The notes under the pieces: model-generated | The model's input: only the letters and a program-made list of their open reading frames with translations | Database searches by the model: none | What the model was told of the DNA's origin: nothing | Source of the DNA: Squalus acanthias | Lineage: Eukaryota | Length of the DNA stretch: 64,000 bases | Direction: 5' to 3' | Assembly (NCBI GenBank): GCA_030390025.1 | Contig: CM059432.1 | Coordinates: forward strand, 62,994,001 to 63,058,000 | Shown: positions 1-13,100 of the stretch, piece after piece | How the letters are laid out: every line of letters starts with the position of its first letter | How positions within the stretch are numbered: position 1 is the stretch's first letter | Position numbers and translations under genes: made by a program

Positions 1-766
1 GAGCGAATGCATTTGGGAGGGCAAACAAGGCAAGGGAATACGCAATAAATGGTAGGATACTGAGAAGTGTAGAGGAACAGAGGGACCTTGGAGTGCATGT
101 TCACAGATCCCTGAAGGTAGCAGGACAGGTAGATAAGATGGTGAAGAAGGCATACGGGATACTTTCCTTTAATAGCCAAGGTATAGAATATAAGGACAGG
201 GAGGTTGTGCTAGAACCGTATTAAACACTAGTTAGGCCACTGCTAGAGTACTGCATACAGTTCTGGTCACCACATTACAGGAAAGATGTGATTGCACTAG
301 AGAGGGTACAGAGGAGATTTACGAGGATTTTGCCAGGAATGGAGAATTTTAGCTATGAGGAAAGATTAGATAGGCTGGGATTGTTTTCTTTGGCACAGAG
401 GAGGCTGAGGGGAGATTTAATTGAGGTGGCCTAGATAGAGTGGATAGGAAGGACCTATTTCCCTTAGCAGAGAGGGGGCATAGATTTAAATTAATTGGTA
501 GACAGATTAGAGGGGAGTTGAGGAGGACTTTTTTCACCCAGAGGGTGGTGGGGGTCTGGAACTCACTGCCTGAAAGGGTGGTAGAGGCAGAAACCCTTAT
601 TGCATTTAAAAAGTACTTGGATATGCACTTGAAGTGCTGTAATCTACAAGGCTATGGACCAGGAGCTTGAAAGTGGGATTAGGCTGGATAGCTCTTATTC
701 GGCCGGCGTGGACACGATGGACTGAATGGCCTCCTTCTGTGCCGTAAATTTCTATGATTCTATGAT
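1..766 (+). mobile_element. CR1 LINE 3' portion (RT C-terminus, 3' UTR, tail)
   Basis: Degenerate CR1 ORF2 C-terminus (FFTQRVVGVWNSLPERVVEA), ending in a tctatgattctatgat repeat tail; closely similar to 27060-27830. Confidence 0.95.
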
Positions 767-1833
767 CATATTTCACTCACTGCTGACATCAAGTCAACAT
801 GAGTGAGTGTTGTATGCCACGTGGCTGTCTGATATTTAATTCTGTCACCAGGTAGCTGGGAGGCCCCCATCTCCCCATCTCTAACAGCCAGGCAAGCCAA
901 GACTCCACTGATGTCCAGCGCCTTCTGCTCTGCAGCTGTCAGTTGCGAGATGGCTGGAGGGCCATCTCCACTTCTCTGCCTCTCCCTCGTGTTCTGTGCT
1001 CTCTTCTCCTGCAAGGAAGGTAATAAGTGACCTATGAGTGAGAGTAATGGCATGTATTGAATGGATGGATGGAGAGCATTTGTTGAAGGTGACCTTGAGG
1101 GAGAGGCATGATATTGCATAAGGATGAGGGTGAGTGTCAGTGGTGGATGAACAGATGGGGATGTGAGGAAGTGTATAGACAGAGAGGGCTAGGTGCATCA
1201 GCAAGGTAAGTTGGTGGGAGGAATGATGTGCTGGAGTAGGCTTGAGAAGGCAGAGTGAGGGGGTTTGGGTGATACGCACTTCAGGATCTAGGTGAATGTG
1301 CCACTGTACGCACCTTTCTTGCCCTGCTTAGGTCATTAAACCGCATTTGGCATTGAATCCATAGGTGTGGCACCACGCTCCTGCTGTTGACCTCATTGGC
1401 AACCTCCAGCCATGCCTTCTTTGCTTCACCCCTGCAGGCTTTTTCCTCCCGTCAGTAGGGAAGATTATCTCCCTGCGGGCCCTTACAGCCCCCAGCAGCG
1501 TATCCAGGGAGACGCCACTAAAACGAGGCACAGCCTTTGAATGTCTGGACTCCATTCTGCCAATTCCTTCTGTTGGGCTGCCAACTCCAAACCCCATCAA
1601 ATTGCACACTTGGCATGTCCCTTTAAATACTGGAGTTGAAATTGCCACATGCAGGTCAGCATCACGCCTGCTGATGCTAATTAGTCGGGAAACCCGGAAA
1701 TCATATGGCAGTGCAGTGGCTGGGTTAAAAAGCCACTGATAAATTACTTCTGGGTTTCCCACATGCTACCGGACTCCGCCCTGCCCCCCCCCCCCCCAGC
1801 TCCCAGCATGTCGCGAAGTTAAAATCCAGACCC
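767..1833 (-). mobile_element. PIF/Harbinger fragment with a decayed Myb/SANT-like DNA-binding gene
   Basis: Minus-strand MESRHSKAVPRFSGVSLDTLLGAVRARREIIFPTDGRKKP from ATG 1555. Second exon 1008-849 (EKRAQNTRERQ, AG/GT flanked). TIR-like AAAATCCAGACCC at 1821-1833. Confidence 0.8.
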
Positions 1834-4800
1834 CTGTGTCTCAATGAACTAGGGTTGAGGAGGGAGAGGACTGCCTCCAATGTGACTCTGATAATCCGAT
1901 AAATAATTTTAATACAACCTAATGGTCAGATTTAGCAATAGAGAGTTCAAATATATATCCACAATAGTCAGTAATTTCTCTGCAAGAAATGAGGGAAAAT
2001 CCCGATAATTTTTGTCACAATCCTCTACTAACCAAGTGATGAAAGGTTGGGTATACCTGCAGCTTAAATTATCACCAGCCTAAACCCACTGCACTTTCAG
2101 TGTAACTACCAATCCAGGATTGTGTTGTGAGTTGTCAGGTTTTGTTAGTTTTCTAGATTAGCATGTACACAACAAGCCAGGGTTAAACAGTGAAGACATG
2201 AAAATTGATAAATATTCTCGGGTTTTTCTTGTAGGCCGTTGAGGGTTAGGAAGTATTTATGCGGCACATTCCCTCAGGAAGTTAAATGGGTGAGGTAGGG
2301 TTCATAATAGGGTAGATTGTACCTGATCTGAAGTAGTGTGCTTGATGTGTGATGGCTCGAATGGCCTTTTCTTGTTTCATGATTTCTTATCTTCTTGATA
2401 AACTACAAGTTCAAGAACCCATTGGCACAATCAATCATAGTTGTCCATATTCTGGCCAGTGCAGTTCCCGTTGTTGCTGCTTGCCCCATCGCTTCCTCCT
2501 GCCCCTCACCTTACCGCTCCCCGCCCCCCCGCCACCCCACCCCCCTCCCAAGCCAACACTAGTTTTTGTCTTGCCTGTTCGTTTCAGTGCTTGGAATTTA
2601 AAATAAAGGACATAAGTTTTAAAACATTACAGATAGTTAGGGCAAAACTCTGTTGGAGAGTGAACCTGGATAGGAGAAGTTGGAAATAGGCAGTTCTGAT
2701 GTGACTGTATTTCTGCATTGGAGTCTGCCTGGTAGTTTGTACTGACTACACTCCTCAGGTCTCTGAATTGGATGGGGTCAAGCCAGACTTTTCAGGTGTA
2801 AACCCAGAGAACAATTTGAAAATCGCCTGTTGAGCCACTTTTAGTGAATTGCATGAGCTAAGCTTCCAGGCTGGCTCAACTCTGGCTCAACAGAGTTAAG
2901 TGGGGTTGCTGATGGAGCTCCTATTAGTTTTTGAATCTGGGGTACCACTTTAAGCAACTCCAAGCCTCAGCAGAAGAAATGATACTTGATTTTATCTTCT
3001 GATAGAATTTTATAAAGAATCATGTTTAATAAAGAGTTGATTTGATTGTAACACGTATTGTTATTCGTTCAGAAAAGGTACCATTTTCATTACTGTGAAG
3101 ATGATCTGTTGAAACTTTATCTGAGTTTTTCAATACTGCACTTCCAATGATCTCCCCCTTTCAGAAACGTGAAGCCAGTATTGCAATAAAATATGTGATA
3201 TTGTGAGCTTCATGCTACAACTTTTTAATTGAACAGTATGAAAATTAGATTTATAGTTTTTCATACTCTGATGTAAGATAGTTGTGGAAGTTTGAGTTGC
3301 TTTTATGCCTGTTAGAGGTACAAAGATGATAGGGCTCTGAAAGAATTTTATGAAGCACAATAAATTACTTATTCAATAACTTTTGAACACTTGTTTCATT
3401 TCTCCAGATTTTGATCTTTCATGTGATGTTTTCATACCTCCCCCACAGAACTTTGGTATTGGGTTGCATAACTCCCATCTTAATTGGACTTTCCACAGAA
3501 CATATCTGATGTAATTATTCTCATGACATTTATGCGTACTAGTATGATACGTAATTGTAAAAAGTGCTTCTCTCCACTCATATTTTGCTGCAACATACTT
3601 TTTCTTTGTACTTTAATCCTGTGAGAAATTTCATGGTGTGTTCACAGCACGCCTCTTCAGCCCCATTTTCCTTTTTTACCATCTATTATATTTTAAAAAT
3701 GATGAGTTGGTCATAAAATTCCATTTCAAAAGGCATTGAAAACTCTTATGTAGGGCGCTGTCTCTGGCAAAATCCATTTTAAACGTGTCAACATCTACCT
3801 GCAGTATCATTTACACCTGTAGGTGGTGCTTTAAATGGCCATTTTCCATTTTCAATCTGTCATAGAGACGTTAGCTTGAAAACCAGGACTTGAGAAAGTA
3901 AAGTTAATTGTAGTGAAATGTCCAGATGCTCTAAACACAGGCCATATGATGCAACCTTAACAGCCTCTCTTGTCCCTCTCGTCTCCTCTCCTCCCTTCTC
4001 CTCTTTTCTGCCATCTCAACCAATGCATCAGTTGGAACACTACCGTTGGGCTTAATGCTCCTGGGTTAAGAAGTAGAAAAACAGCCTTAGTAAAGTGGTA
4101 AAACATTTCCAGAGTTACGTTGTTGCAAAGAAGACACAGGTCTTCGCACATTTGACATTTGACATACAACTCTTGCAGTCCAAAAAGATCTGGACATGGA
4201 GATTCCTGGAGAGGTGCTTTGGAAGCAGAGGAGCGTGAAGTCGAGCATCAGGAGAACCGTCACTTAGAGGGCCCCTCAGTGACAGCTAGAAAGGATATCA
4301 AAACTCAACTTATCAATGCACTAATATTCTTCCTTTGTCACCACTCCCATTATTCCATTTCCCCAACTTTCAAAAAATTGTAATTCCTTTAATACAGTAA
4401 ACCTTTAGAACATGTTTATGACTTTGCTAGAATTGCCAAATAGAGAAAACTATTACAAATACATTTACAATGTCACTACAAATAGCGAGCAGGGGAAGTT
4501 TATTGTTATTTGACAAAGCAGGTGAGGGAAATAAATTTTCACCTTTTTTTAAACGGGGGCCTTTGATCCTCAGACCCCCACAGGGCTTTGTTATTTACAT
4601 CACTGCCTACATCGAACAAATCAAATTGGTTCTGGTGGTTTCTACCTTCCGCATCCAACATTAAATACTCCCAGGGTAGGCATATCACAACCAGATGGCG
4701 ATAAAATCTCTCCTATTCCGCATCAAAATGTAGCTTAATTTCAACACAGAGGAACATCTTCCTAGTGCAGCAGTGTGAGAATTCCATTTCCAACATTGAC

Positions 4801-4994
4801 TGTGTGTCTGAGTGAAATTGCTAACTTACTGCCAAGTTTGGTCCAAATTGTAGGCAATTTTGTGCTGTGGTTTTGTGTATTAAGTTAAGATTCATTTTAC
4901 TTGGGGCTCTCCAAGCCAGCAATGGCAGGAGAATTTCATCCCATCACACTGGGCTGGATTCAATTCCAGGTCCCAGAGGTGAAAGGACAATTCG

Positions 4995-5335
4995 TTACAT
5001 GTTTACAGCACAGAAACAGGCCATTTGGCTCAACTGGTCTAAGCCGGTGTTTATGCTCCACACAAGCCACCTCGCACCCTCTTCATCTAACCCTATCAGC
5101 ATATTCTATTGCTTTCTCCCTCATGTGTTTATCTAGCTTTCCCCTTAAATGCATCTATGCTATTCACCTCAACTAATCTTTGGGTAAAGAGGTTTCTCCT
5201 GAATTTCCAATTGGATTTATTGTTGACTGTCTTATATTTATGGCCCCTAGTTTTGGTCTCCCCCCAGAAGTGGAAACAGCTTCTCTACGTCTACCCTATC
5301 AAACCCCTTCATAATTTTAAAGACCTCTATTAGGT
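4995..5335 (-). mobile_element. Old CR1 3' fragment
   Basis: Degenerate similarity to the CR1 3' ends elsewhere in the window. Confidence 0.65.
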
Positions 5336-6118
5336 TGTAAATAACCCAGTCTCCCAGACTGGTGCTCTCTTTGTTCTTTTCCCATTTTTTGCCCTATAAA
5401 GTTGGATGAAACTTCACATACCAGAAGGTTTCAGATGCATGTGGCTGAATAAATAAATGTTAATGTGTGGTATTTCTTTTAGAAGCATTTTGCTACGAGT
5501 ATGAATTACAAGAATTATCCTGCCTGTGACCACAAGTATGATAAATATCAGAAACCATTTCTTTCTGTTATATTTTACAGAAAGGATAGGGTTAGTGTTT
5601 GTTTTCAACAAAATCCTTTCCACGAAGAGGTCATAATAAGAGCTTGCTGGAGAAGACTGCACCATTTACCATCACTCTGGCTCTTTTCTAACCGTGCCTC
5701 AGATTTAAAATGGAATCTACATTAGCATTGTGTGTCCAGTAGATTTTTATGAGCAGGTTCCCACTGTGGTGTGGTATTGTAGACATGCAAGTATTTACAG
5801 ACCAGTGAGTGGGGGAGTATGTTAAATGATGTGCCAAAGTTACACATTGTGCAACCAGGAAGCACAAAATGCTATTCTAGAGAAATTGTGCTTTAAGGAT
5901 ATTTTGATAGAAGTATATTTTGATAAAATGTTAATTTTAATTTTCTTGGGCAAGCTATACAGACTCCTATTTTCACATTCATTCATATCTTAGTGAGTCA
6001 ATCTACTGTGATACAATTCTGCATGGATCGGATGACTCATAAATCCCAACAATTAATACGGGAATTTGATAGTTTAAGGTTAGAAAGGGGAAAATATTAC
6101 AGGTGTGTGGGAGTCTAA

Positions 6119-7843
6119 GGCCGGAATTTTCTTTACCTTGGCAGGTCCAGTGCGGGCGGTGTCCGTGGGGGGTCATGACCCCGCTGCTGGCTCCATCCCG
6201 CTGTTGAAAATGAACTTACCTTAATGGGGCCTATTAAGCCCGCCCAGCGTGTTACCAGGCCCAATGAGATGGAACGGGTCTGGTGACGTCATTCATGACA
6301 CATTTTCAGCCGGGATCTTTAAAGGGACCATGGCCAGATTACATTTGAAGTTTCATCTACCATAGTGCTGTCAGTGCACTACAGCATTAGAGTGCTGTAA
6401 ACACTGACAATCACTGCACAGAGGCACAGGGATACACCCTGGTTCTCTGAGGCGGTCCTCTTCCATTCCGATGGGCGGAAGAGACCTCCCCAGGAGACCA
6501 AGACAGCCTGGTTGCAGATTGCAGAGGAAGTCACAAGCAGGGATGTGGTCAGGAGGACCTGGGTGCAAACGTTTTAATGATCTCATTAAATCAGGAAACG
6601 TCAGTACAAAGCCACACTTAACTGCATCCTGCTGTGCCTCTCATCACATTCCCATCACTCTGCCTTCCCCACCCTACTCCTGCACATCCTTACTCATACC
6701 AACTTACCTTGCACCTCACCCATCCCTCTCTCTCTATCTACATTACCACATCCCCATCTCACTAGCCACCCCTCACATTCATCCTCATCCTAGTGCAATC
6801 ATACCAACTAACAACACACAAAGGTAGCCACTTGAGTGTTTTATCCAATGTTTATGTAAAATTTCTGTTAATGTGGTGTCAAACATAAAAATCTTTATTT
6901 TCAACACTTTCCGGTCTTGGACAGATTTGTGTGCACCTTTGAAAGTGGCTTAGTGAGTTGCAGTGAATGGTGAGACATAACGGTACCCCCGCAATGGTGA
7001 TGAGTGTGAAAGGAATGGCTTGGGCATTGTAGGAATGCTTTATGTTGTTGGTGTGGGGTGGTGCCAACCTGGTGCATCATGTGGCAGTCTGGGTGTACAG
7101 CATCAAGTGAAGTAAATCTGGCCATGGTGAAGCCATCCCTGGCCTCCCAGGCAGCAATGTGGTCGGGTGCTGATGCCCTGTGTCCTGTGCAGCATCAGGT
7201 GATTGCGGAGAAGGTTGGTGTTGTTGTTGGTGCTGCTGGTGTGCCTGGTGCTGCTGGTGTTGGGGCTCATCGTGGTGGGATTATGGGGACCAAGGTGAGA
7301 CAGTATAAAGGGCACCTATGTTGATGGAATAGATGGCAAATGAAGTACAGATGAATGGTGAGAGCGTTCTTCCAATGAGGTGAGACTGGATGGAGACTTT
7401 GCTGGAAATACTTGCAACCTGCAGAATCTGTGCTGGAAATGGACTGAGCAACAGCTTCTGCCTGAAGAAAGTGATCATCTGTCAGGTGGGAGTTTTTACT
7501 GTACATTTCATGCTGTCAAGTGATCAGCTGGAGCAATGGCCATGGAACTCCCGCCTCAGGTTGACGCACGTGTTTCCCGAGCTGCGTGAATCCAGTGGCC
7601 ATGCAGGGAAATTTAAAAAGTAAGTGAAAAAAGGCTTTTAAGTGCCTGTAAACTACCTGATAATTATCTCAATGGGGTCCCCCACCGCTGCCGGTTGGGT
7701 TGGGTCTGCGCTGACAGACAATTCTGGGGGAAAAGCACGTGGGAGCGAGATGACAGCGGGTTCCTGACCCACTGTCAAAAATAACAACTTTCCCATCCGA
7801 CCCACCACTGATCACGCACGTTACCACCCCGGAAAATTCTGGC
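6119..7843 (+). mobile_element. Non-autonomous PIF/Harbinger element
   Basis: TIRs GGCCGGAATTTTC ... GAAAATTCTGGC with TAA/TTA flanks; decayed Myb exon (AWLQIAEEV...CKRFNDL); long homology to 50236-52232. Confidence 0.85.
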
Positions 7844-8314
7844 TTAAATGTGGGAAAAATATATATCACAGTTAATACTTGCTATGGTATAGATTGCCAG
7901 CACTGCTTTCCTATGGCTGAGTTTCGAATGTGATAATATGTAACAGGACATATCCAAATGTATAACAGTTTACTTGTTCACACTAACTTACTGTTAACTA
8001 CACTTCTTACTGTATGATCATCTAACTGCAAGATACATTAATGATAATACATGCTGGACTATAACAGTGTGAAGTGGCCAGTTTATTTTGTGAATCAGCA
8101 GGGCACTTGTTCAGAATCTGGAAACATCAGTTTGGCAAGTTTTATAAACTGGTCAGTAAAATAGACTTGAATTCTATTTTCAGCCAAGACCTAGCAAAAC
8201 TGAACTTCCATGGTTATCACTTTCCTTTCTAAGGAGTCCCGAGATGGACTAAAAAAGAAAGTTCCATATATACGCTGACAACACCCAACTCTACCTTTCC
8301 ACCACCTCTTTTGA

Positions 8315-8622
8315 CCGTTTACTGCCTGCTTATCTGACATCCACTCCTGGATGAGCTGCTATTTCCTTCAGTTAAACATTGGGAAGATTGAAGCCATTGT
8401 CTTCGCAGCCTTGGCATCCTGTTTGATCCTGACTTGAGCTTCCGAACCCATATCCTCTCCAGCACAAAGACTGCCTACTTCTACCTCAGTAACATTGCCC
8501 ATCTCTGTCCCTGCCTCAGCCCATCTGCTGCTGAAACCCTCATCCAGACTTGACCATTCCAATGCTCTCGCAGCCAGCCTCCCATCCTCCACCCCTCATA
8601 AACTTGAGCTCATCCAAAACTC
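8315..8622 (+). mobile_element. L2-type LINE RT fragment
   Basis: Translates as LSDIHSWMSCYFLQLNIGKIEAIVF, typical of the L2 RT C-terminal region. Confidence 0.7.
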
Positions 8623-8749
8623 ATATTGATTATAAATCTACAAAATAGTAACAGTTATTTTGTTAATTTATTTAAAAGACACCCTTAACAACACGTAAAG
8701 TATTTGAACTCTCTTGATTAGATGCCCTTAATGTTCAAATCCTCTATTT

Positions 8750-9020
8750 GAAATTGTACCACTGCTCAGGTCTAGTGCACAGATGTTGTAGAGGTGTCAT
8801 GAGCCATGGTTGCAATGTACAGCCTATATCTTCCAATAGCAGGACCGCAAGCCTTCCTTTCCCTTGGAGTAATATTGGGTTGGCATAGGAGGTATGAATC
8901 ATGGGAACTCCCAGTGAAATGTACAATAACATGCATGATTGTACCTGTCACATACCATCTGCACATTAAGGGAGTGAAGATCCTTACAATTTATTTCCAC
9001 CATGGCATTGCTAGATGATG
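8750..9020 (-). pseudogene. Degenerate Harbinger (DDE_Tnp_4) transposase fragment
   Basis: Motifs GSSHDSYLL and LQPWLMTPL in frameshifted minus-strand ORFs. Confidence 0.7.
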
Positions 9021-9074
9021 CCTATATAGCAACATGGGCACAAACGGTTATTAGTCTATTCTTAGTTCACATTC

Positions 9075-9201
9075 CTTTACCTGACGAAGGAGCAGCGCTC
9101 CGAAAGCTCGTAATTTTAAATAAAACTGTTGGACTATAACCTGGTGTTGTACGACTTCTCATTTTTGTCCACCCCAGTCCAACACCGGCATCGCCGCATC
9201 A
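9075..9201 (+). mobile_element. Short Penelope-type insertion headed by a hammerhead ribozyme
   Basis: 12-bp TSD TAGTTCACATTC at 9063-9074 and 9202-9213; the insert starts with a hammerhead motif. Confidence 0.8.
9077..9113 (+). ncRNA. Minimal hammerhead ribozyme motif
   Basis: ttac-CTGACGA-a-GGAGC-agc-GCTCC-GAA-AGCT-C-gtaa: intact core, stem I ttac/gtaa, 5-bp stem II, palindromic AGCT stem III. Confidence 0.8.
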
Positions 9202-10110
9202 TAGTTCACATTCAATACCCTGATGTGATTTTAGATGGATCACTAAGTTGGTGGTTTCTCTGCAATTATACTTGTGTCAATTGTAGTACCTTGAAGAAGT
9301 AAATTTGTTGACGTGAATGGTCCTTATAGTCCCTTCTCGTAGGTTTCCCATTGTAACATCGTATGCAAGGTTCCCAGACTTTATGCAAGAATACTAGCTT
9401 TGCTTTTCATATGACTCTGATGCATCCTATATAGTTACTTGGTAGGTTGCTAGTTGTTTTTAAATCCACTTTCCCATGTGGGCAATAATATTTCAATGTA
9501 TGTGAAAACCTTTGTCCAACACTGCAGGCTTTCAGCAAATTGTAGCTGATAGACATTAAGTTCCAGCTCAAGAACTTGAGATATATTCCATCAAAATCAC
9601 TGGAAACTTCAGGAACAAAGACTGTTTTAATAGCTGTTTAAAATTGATGACTCTTTGCAATTTTTCATGTGCAGGTTCATGCCAATGTGGAGCCAGAAGT
9701 AATTTTCAAAATTAGCCTCCTTTTTAAAGTGGCTGTGGTCTGGGTTTTTCAAACACAACATGCCAGTCTGCAAACCAAGCATCAGAATGTGAAACTAATT
9801 TTGAAATTTGTTTCACATCTCCCAGCTAGATTAATGGATTTGATTATGATTGTGCACACATAACTATTAACCTTCTCCCCTCCCCACCCACCCCCCAAGT
9901 TTAAATTCCAGGACAACATCAAGAATAAATATGAATACAACAGCTCTGAATGTTTTAAAATGTTCATTGTTAAAAAAAATAAAGCATATTTCTCTAATGT
10001 TAAGCTTGGTATTGGCTCCTTTAAGTCAGTCTTGATACACAAGGAGTTAAAAACACCTGCCCTTGTGCTTCCATATCCAAGAGTGTGTTCTGATTGGATT
10101 CACACGCTAC

Positions 10111-13100
10111 AAACATAGAAACATAGAAGATAGGAGCAGGAGTAGGCCATTCAGCCCCTCGAGCCTGCTCCGCTATTTAATTAGATCATGGCTGATCATC
10201 CAAATTCAGTACCCTGTCCTTGCTTTCTCCCCATATCCCTTGATCCCTTTAGCCTTAAGAAATATATCTATCTCCTTCTTGAATATATTTAATGAATTGG
10301 CCTCAACTGCCTTCTGTGGTAGAGAATTCCACAGGTTCACCACTCTCTGGGTGAAGAAATTCCTCCTCATCTCAGTCCTAAATGGCTTACCCCTTATCCT
10401 TAGACTGTGACCCCTGGTTCTGGACTCCCCCACCATCGGGAACATCCTTCCTGCATCTAGTCTGTCTAGTCCTGTTAGAATTTTATAAGTTTCAATGAGA
10501 TCCCCTCTCATCCTTCTAAACTCTAGCGAATATAAGCCTAATCGACCCAATCTCTCTTCATACGTCATTCCTGCCAACCCAGGTATCAGTCTGGTGAATC
10601 TTCGCTGCACTCCCTCCATGGCAAGAACATCCTTCCTCAGATAAGGTGACCAAAACTGCACACAATACTCAAGGTGTGGTCTCACCAAGGCCCTGTACAA
10701 CTGCAGCAAAACATCCTTGCTCCTGTACTTGAATCCTCTCGCTATGAAGGCCAACATACCATTTGCCTTCTTAACCGCCTGCTGCACCTGCATGCTTACC
10801 TTCAGCGACTGGTGCACAAGGACACCCAGGCCTCGTTGCACTTCCCCTTCTCCCAATCTATTGCCATTCAGATAATAATCTGCCTTTCTGTTTTTGCCAC
10901 CAAAGTGGATAACCTCGCATTTATCCACATTATATTGCATCTGCCATGCATCTGCCCAATCACCCAGCCTGTCCAAATCATACTGGAGTTTCTCTGTATC
11001 CTCCTCACAGCACACACACCCACCCAGCTTTGTGTCGTCTGCAAACTTGGAGATATTACATCTAGTTCCCTCGTCTAGATCATTAATATATATTGTGAAT
11101 AGCTGGGGTCCGAGCACCGATCCCTGCGGTACCCCACTAGTCACTGCCTGCCACCCGGAAAAAGACACGTTTATTCCAACTCTTTGCTTCCTGTCTGCTA
11201 ACCAGTTCTCTATCCAAGACAGTGTGCTTGAACTTTGCACGCTAATCTCTTATGCGGGACCTTATCGAAAGCCTTCTGAAAGTCCAAATACACCACATCC
11301 ACTGGTTCTCCCTTATCTATTCTATCAGTTACATCCTCAAAAAATTCCAGTAGATTAGTCAGGCATGATTTACCTTTTGTAAATCCATGTTGACTTTGTC
11401 CGATCCTGTCACTGTTTTCCAAATGCTCTGCTATTACATCTTTTATAATGGACTCTAGCATTTTGCCCACTACCGATGTCAGGCTTACCGGTCTATAATT
11501 CCCCGTTTTCTCTCTACCACCTTTTTTAAATAGTGGGGTTACATTAGCTACCCTCCAATCCATGGGAACTGTGCCAGAGTCTATAGAATTTTGGAAGATG
11601 ACCAGCAATGCATCTACTATTTCTAGGGCCACTTCCTTAAGTACCCTAGGATGTAGATTATCAGGCCCTGGGGATTTATCGGCCTTCAATCCCATCAATT
11701 TCCCTAACACCATTTCCCTACAAATATTGATTTCATTCAGTTCCTCCCTCTCATTAGACCCTATGTTCCCCGACATCTCTGGGAGGTTATTTGTGTCCTC
11801 CTTTGTGAAGACAGAACCAAAGTATGTATTTAATTGGTCTGCCATTTCTTTGTTCCCCATTATAAATTCCCCTGATTCTGACTGCAAGGGACCTACGCTT
11901 GACTTCACCAATCTTTTTCTCTTCACATATCTATAGAAGCTTTTACAGTCAGTTTTTATGTTCCCTGAAAGCTTACTCTCATACTCTGTTTTCCCCCTCT
12001 TAATTAATCCTTTTGTCCTCCTTTGCTGAATCCTAAACTGCTCCCAATCCTCAGGTTTGCTGCTTTTTCTGGCCAATTTATATGTCCTCTCCTTGGATCT
12101 TATGCTATCCCTAATTTCCCTTGTTAGCCACTGTTGCGCCACCTTTTTTGTTTTATTTTTATGCCAAACAGGGATGAAGGAATTCTGTAGTTCATCCATG
12201 CGATCTTTAAATGTTTGCCATTGCCTATCCACCGTCAACCCTTTAAGTAACATTCCCCAATCCATCCTAGCCAACTCGCGCCTCATACCATCGTAGTTTC
12301 CTTTATTTAAATTCAGGACCCTAGTCTCTGAGTCTTAATGAAGAATTCTATTATATTATGATCGCTCCTCCCCAAGGGGCCTCGCACAATAAGATTGCTA
12401 ATTAATCCTTTCTAATTACATGATACCCAGTCTAAGATGGCCTGATCTCTAGTTGGTTCCTCGACATATTGGTCCAGGAAACCATCCCGTATACACTCTA
12501 GGAATTCCTCCTCCACAGTATTGTTACTAATTTGGTTAGCCCAATCTATATGTAGATTAAAGTCACCCATGATAACTGCTGTGCCCTTATTGCACGTGTC
12601 TCTAATTTCCCATTTAATGCCATCCCCAATCTCAGCATTACTGTTTGGGGGTCTGTATACAATTCCCACTAATGTTTTCTGCCCCTTAGTATTTCTCAGC
12701 TCTACCCATACAGATTCCACATCATCAGAGCTAATATCCTTCCTTACTATTGTGTTAATCTCCTCTTTAACCAGCAATGCTACCCCACCTCCTTTTCCTT
12801 TTTGCCTGTCCTTCCTGAATATTGAATACCCCTGGATGTTGAATTCCCAGCCTTGTTCACCCTGGAGCCAAGTCTCCGTTATCCCAATTATATCATATCC
12901 GTTTACATCTATTTGCGCAGCTAATTCATCCACCTTATTACGAATGCTCCTCGCATTAAGACACAAAGGGGTAGAAATTAGGTCGCGCCCCATTTGGGGC
13001 GCAAATATCGTCTGGACGCAAATATTAGCGCCTGGCGCTAATTATCGGCACTGACTGGAAACTTCACTTTTACCGCCCTGGGAGGTGAGTGGAGCGCTAA

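Noticed and set aside
10674..12296. Plus-strand ORFs opposite CR1, and similar antisense ORFs over Penelope and other CR1 copies
   Set aside because: They are shadow frames of retroelement coding sequence with no independent motifs.
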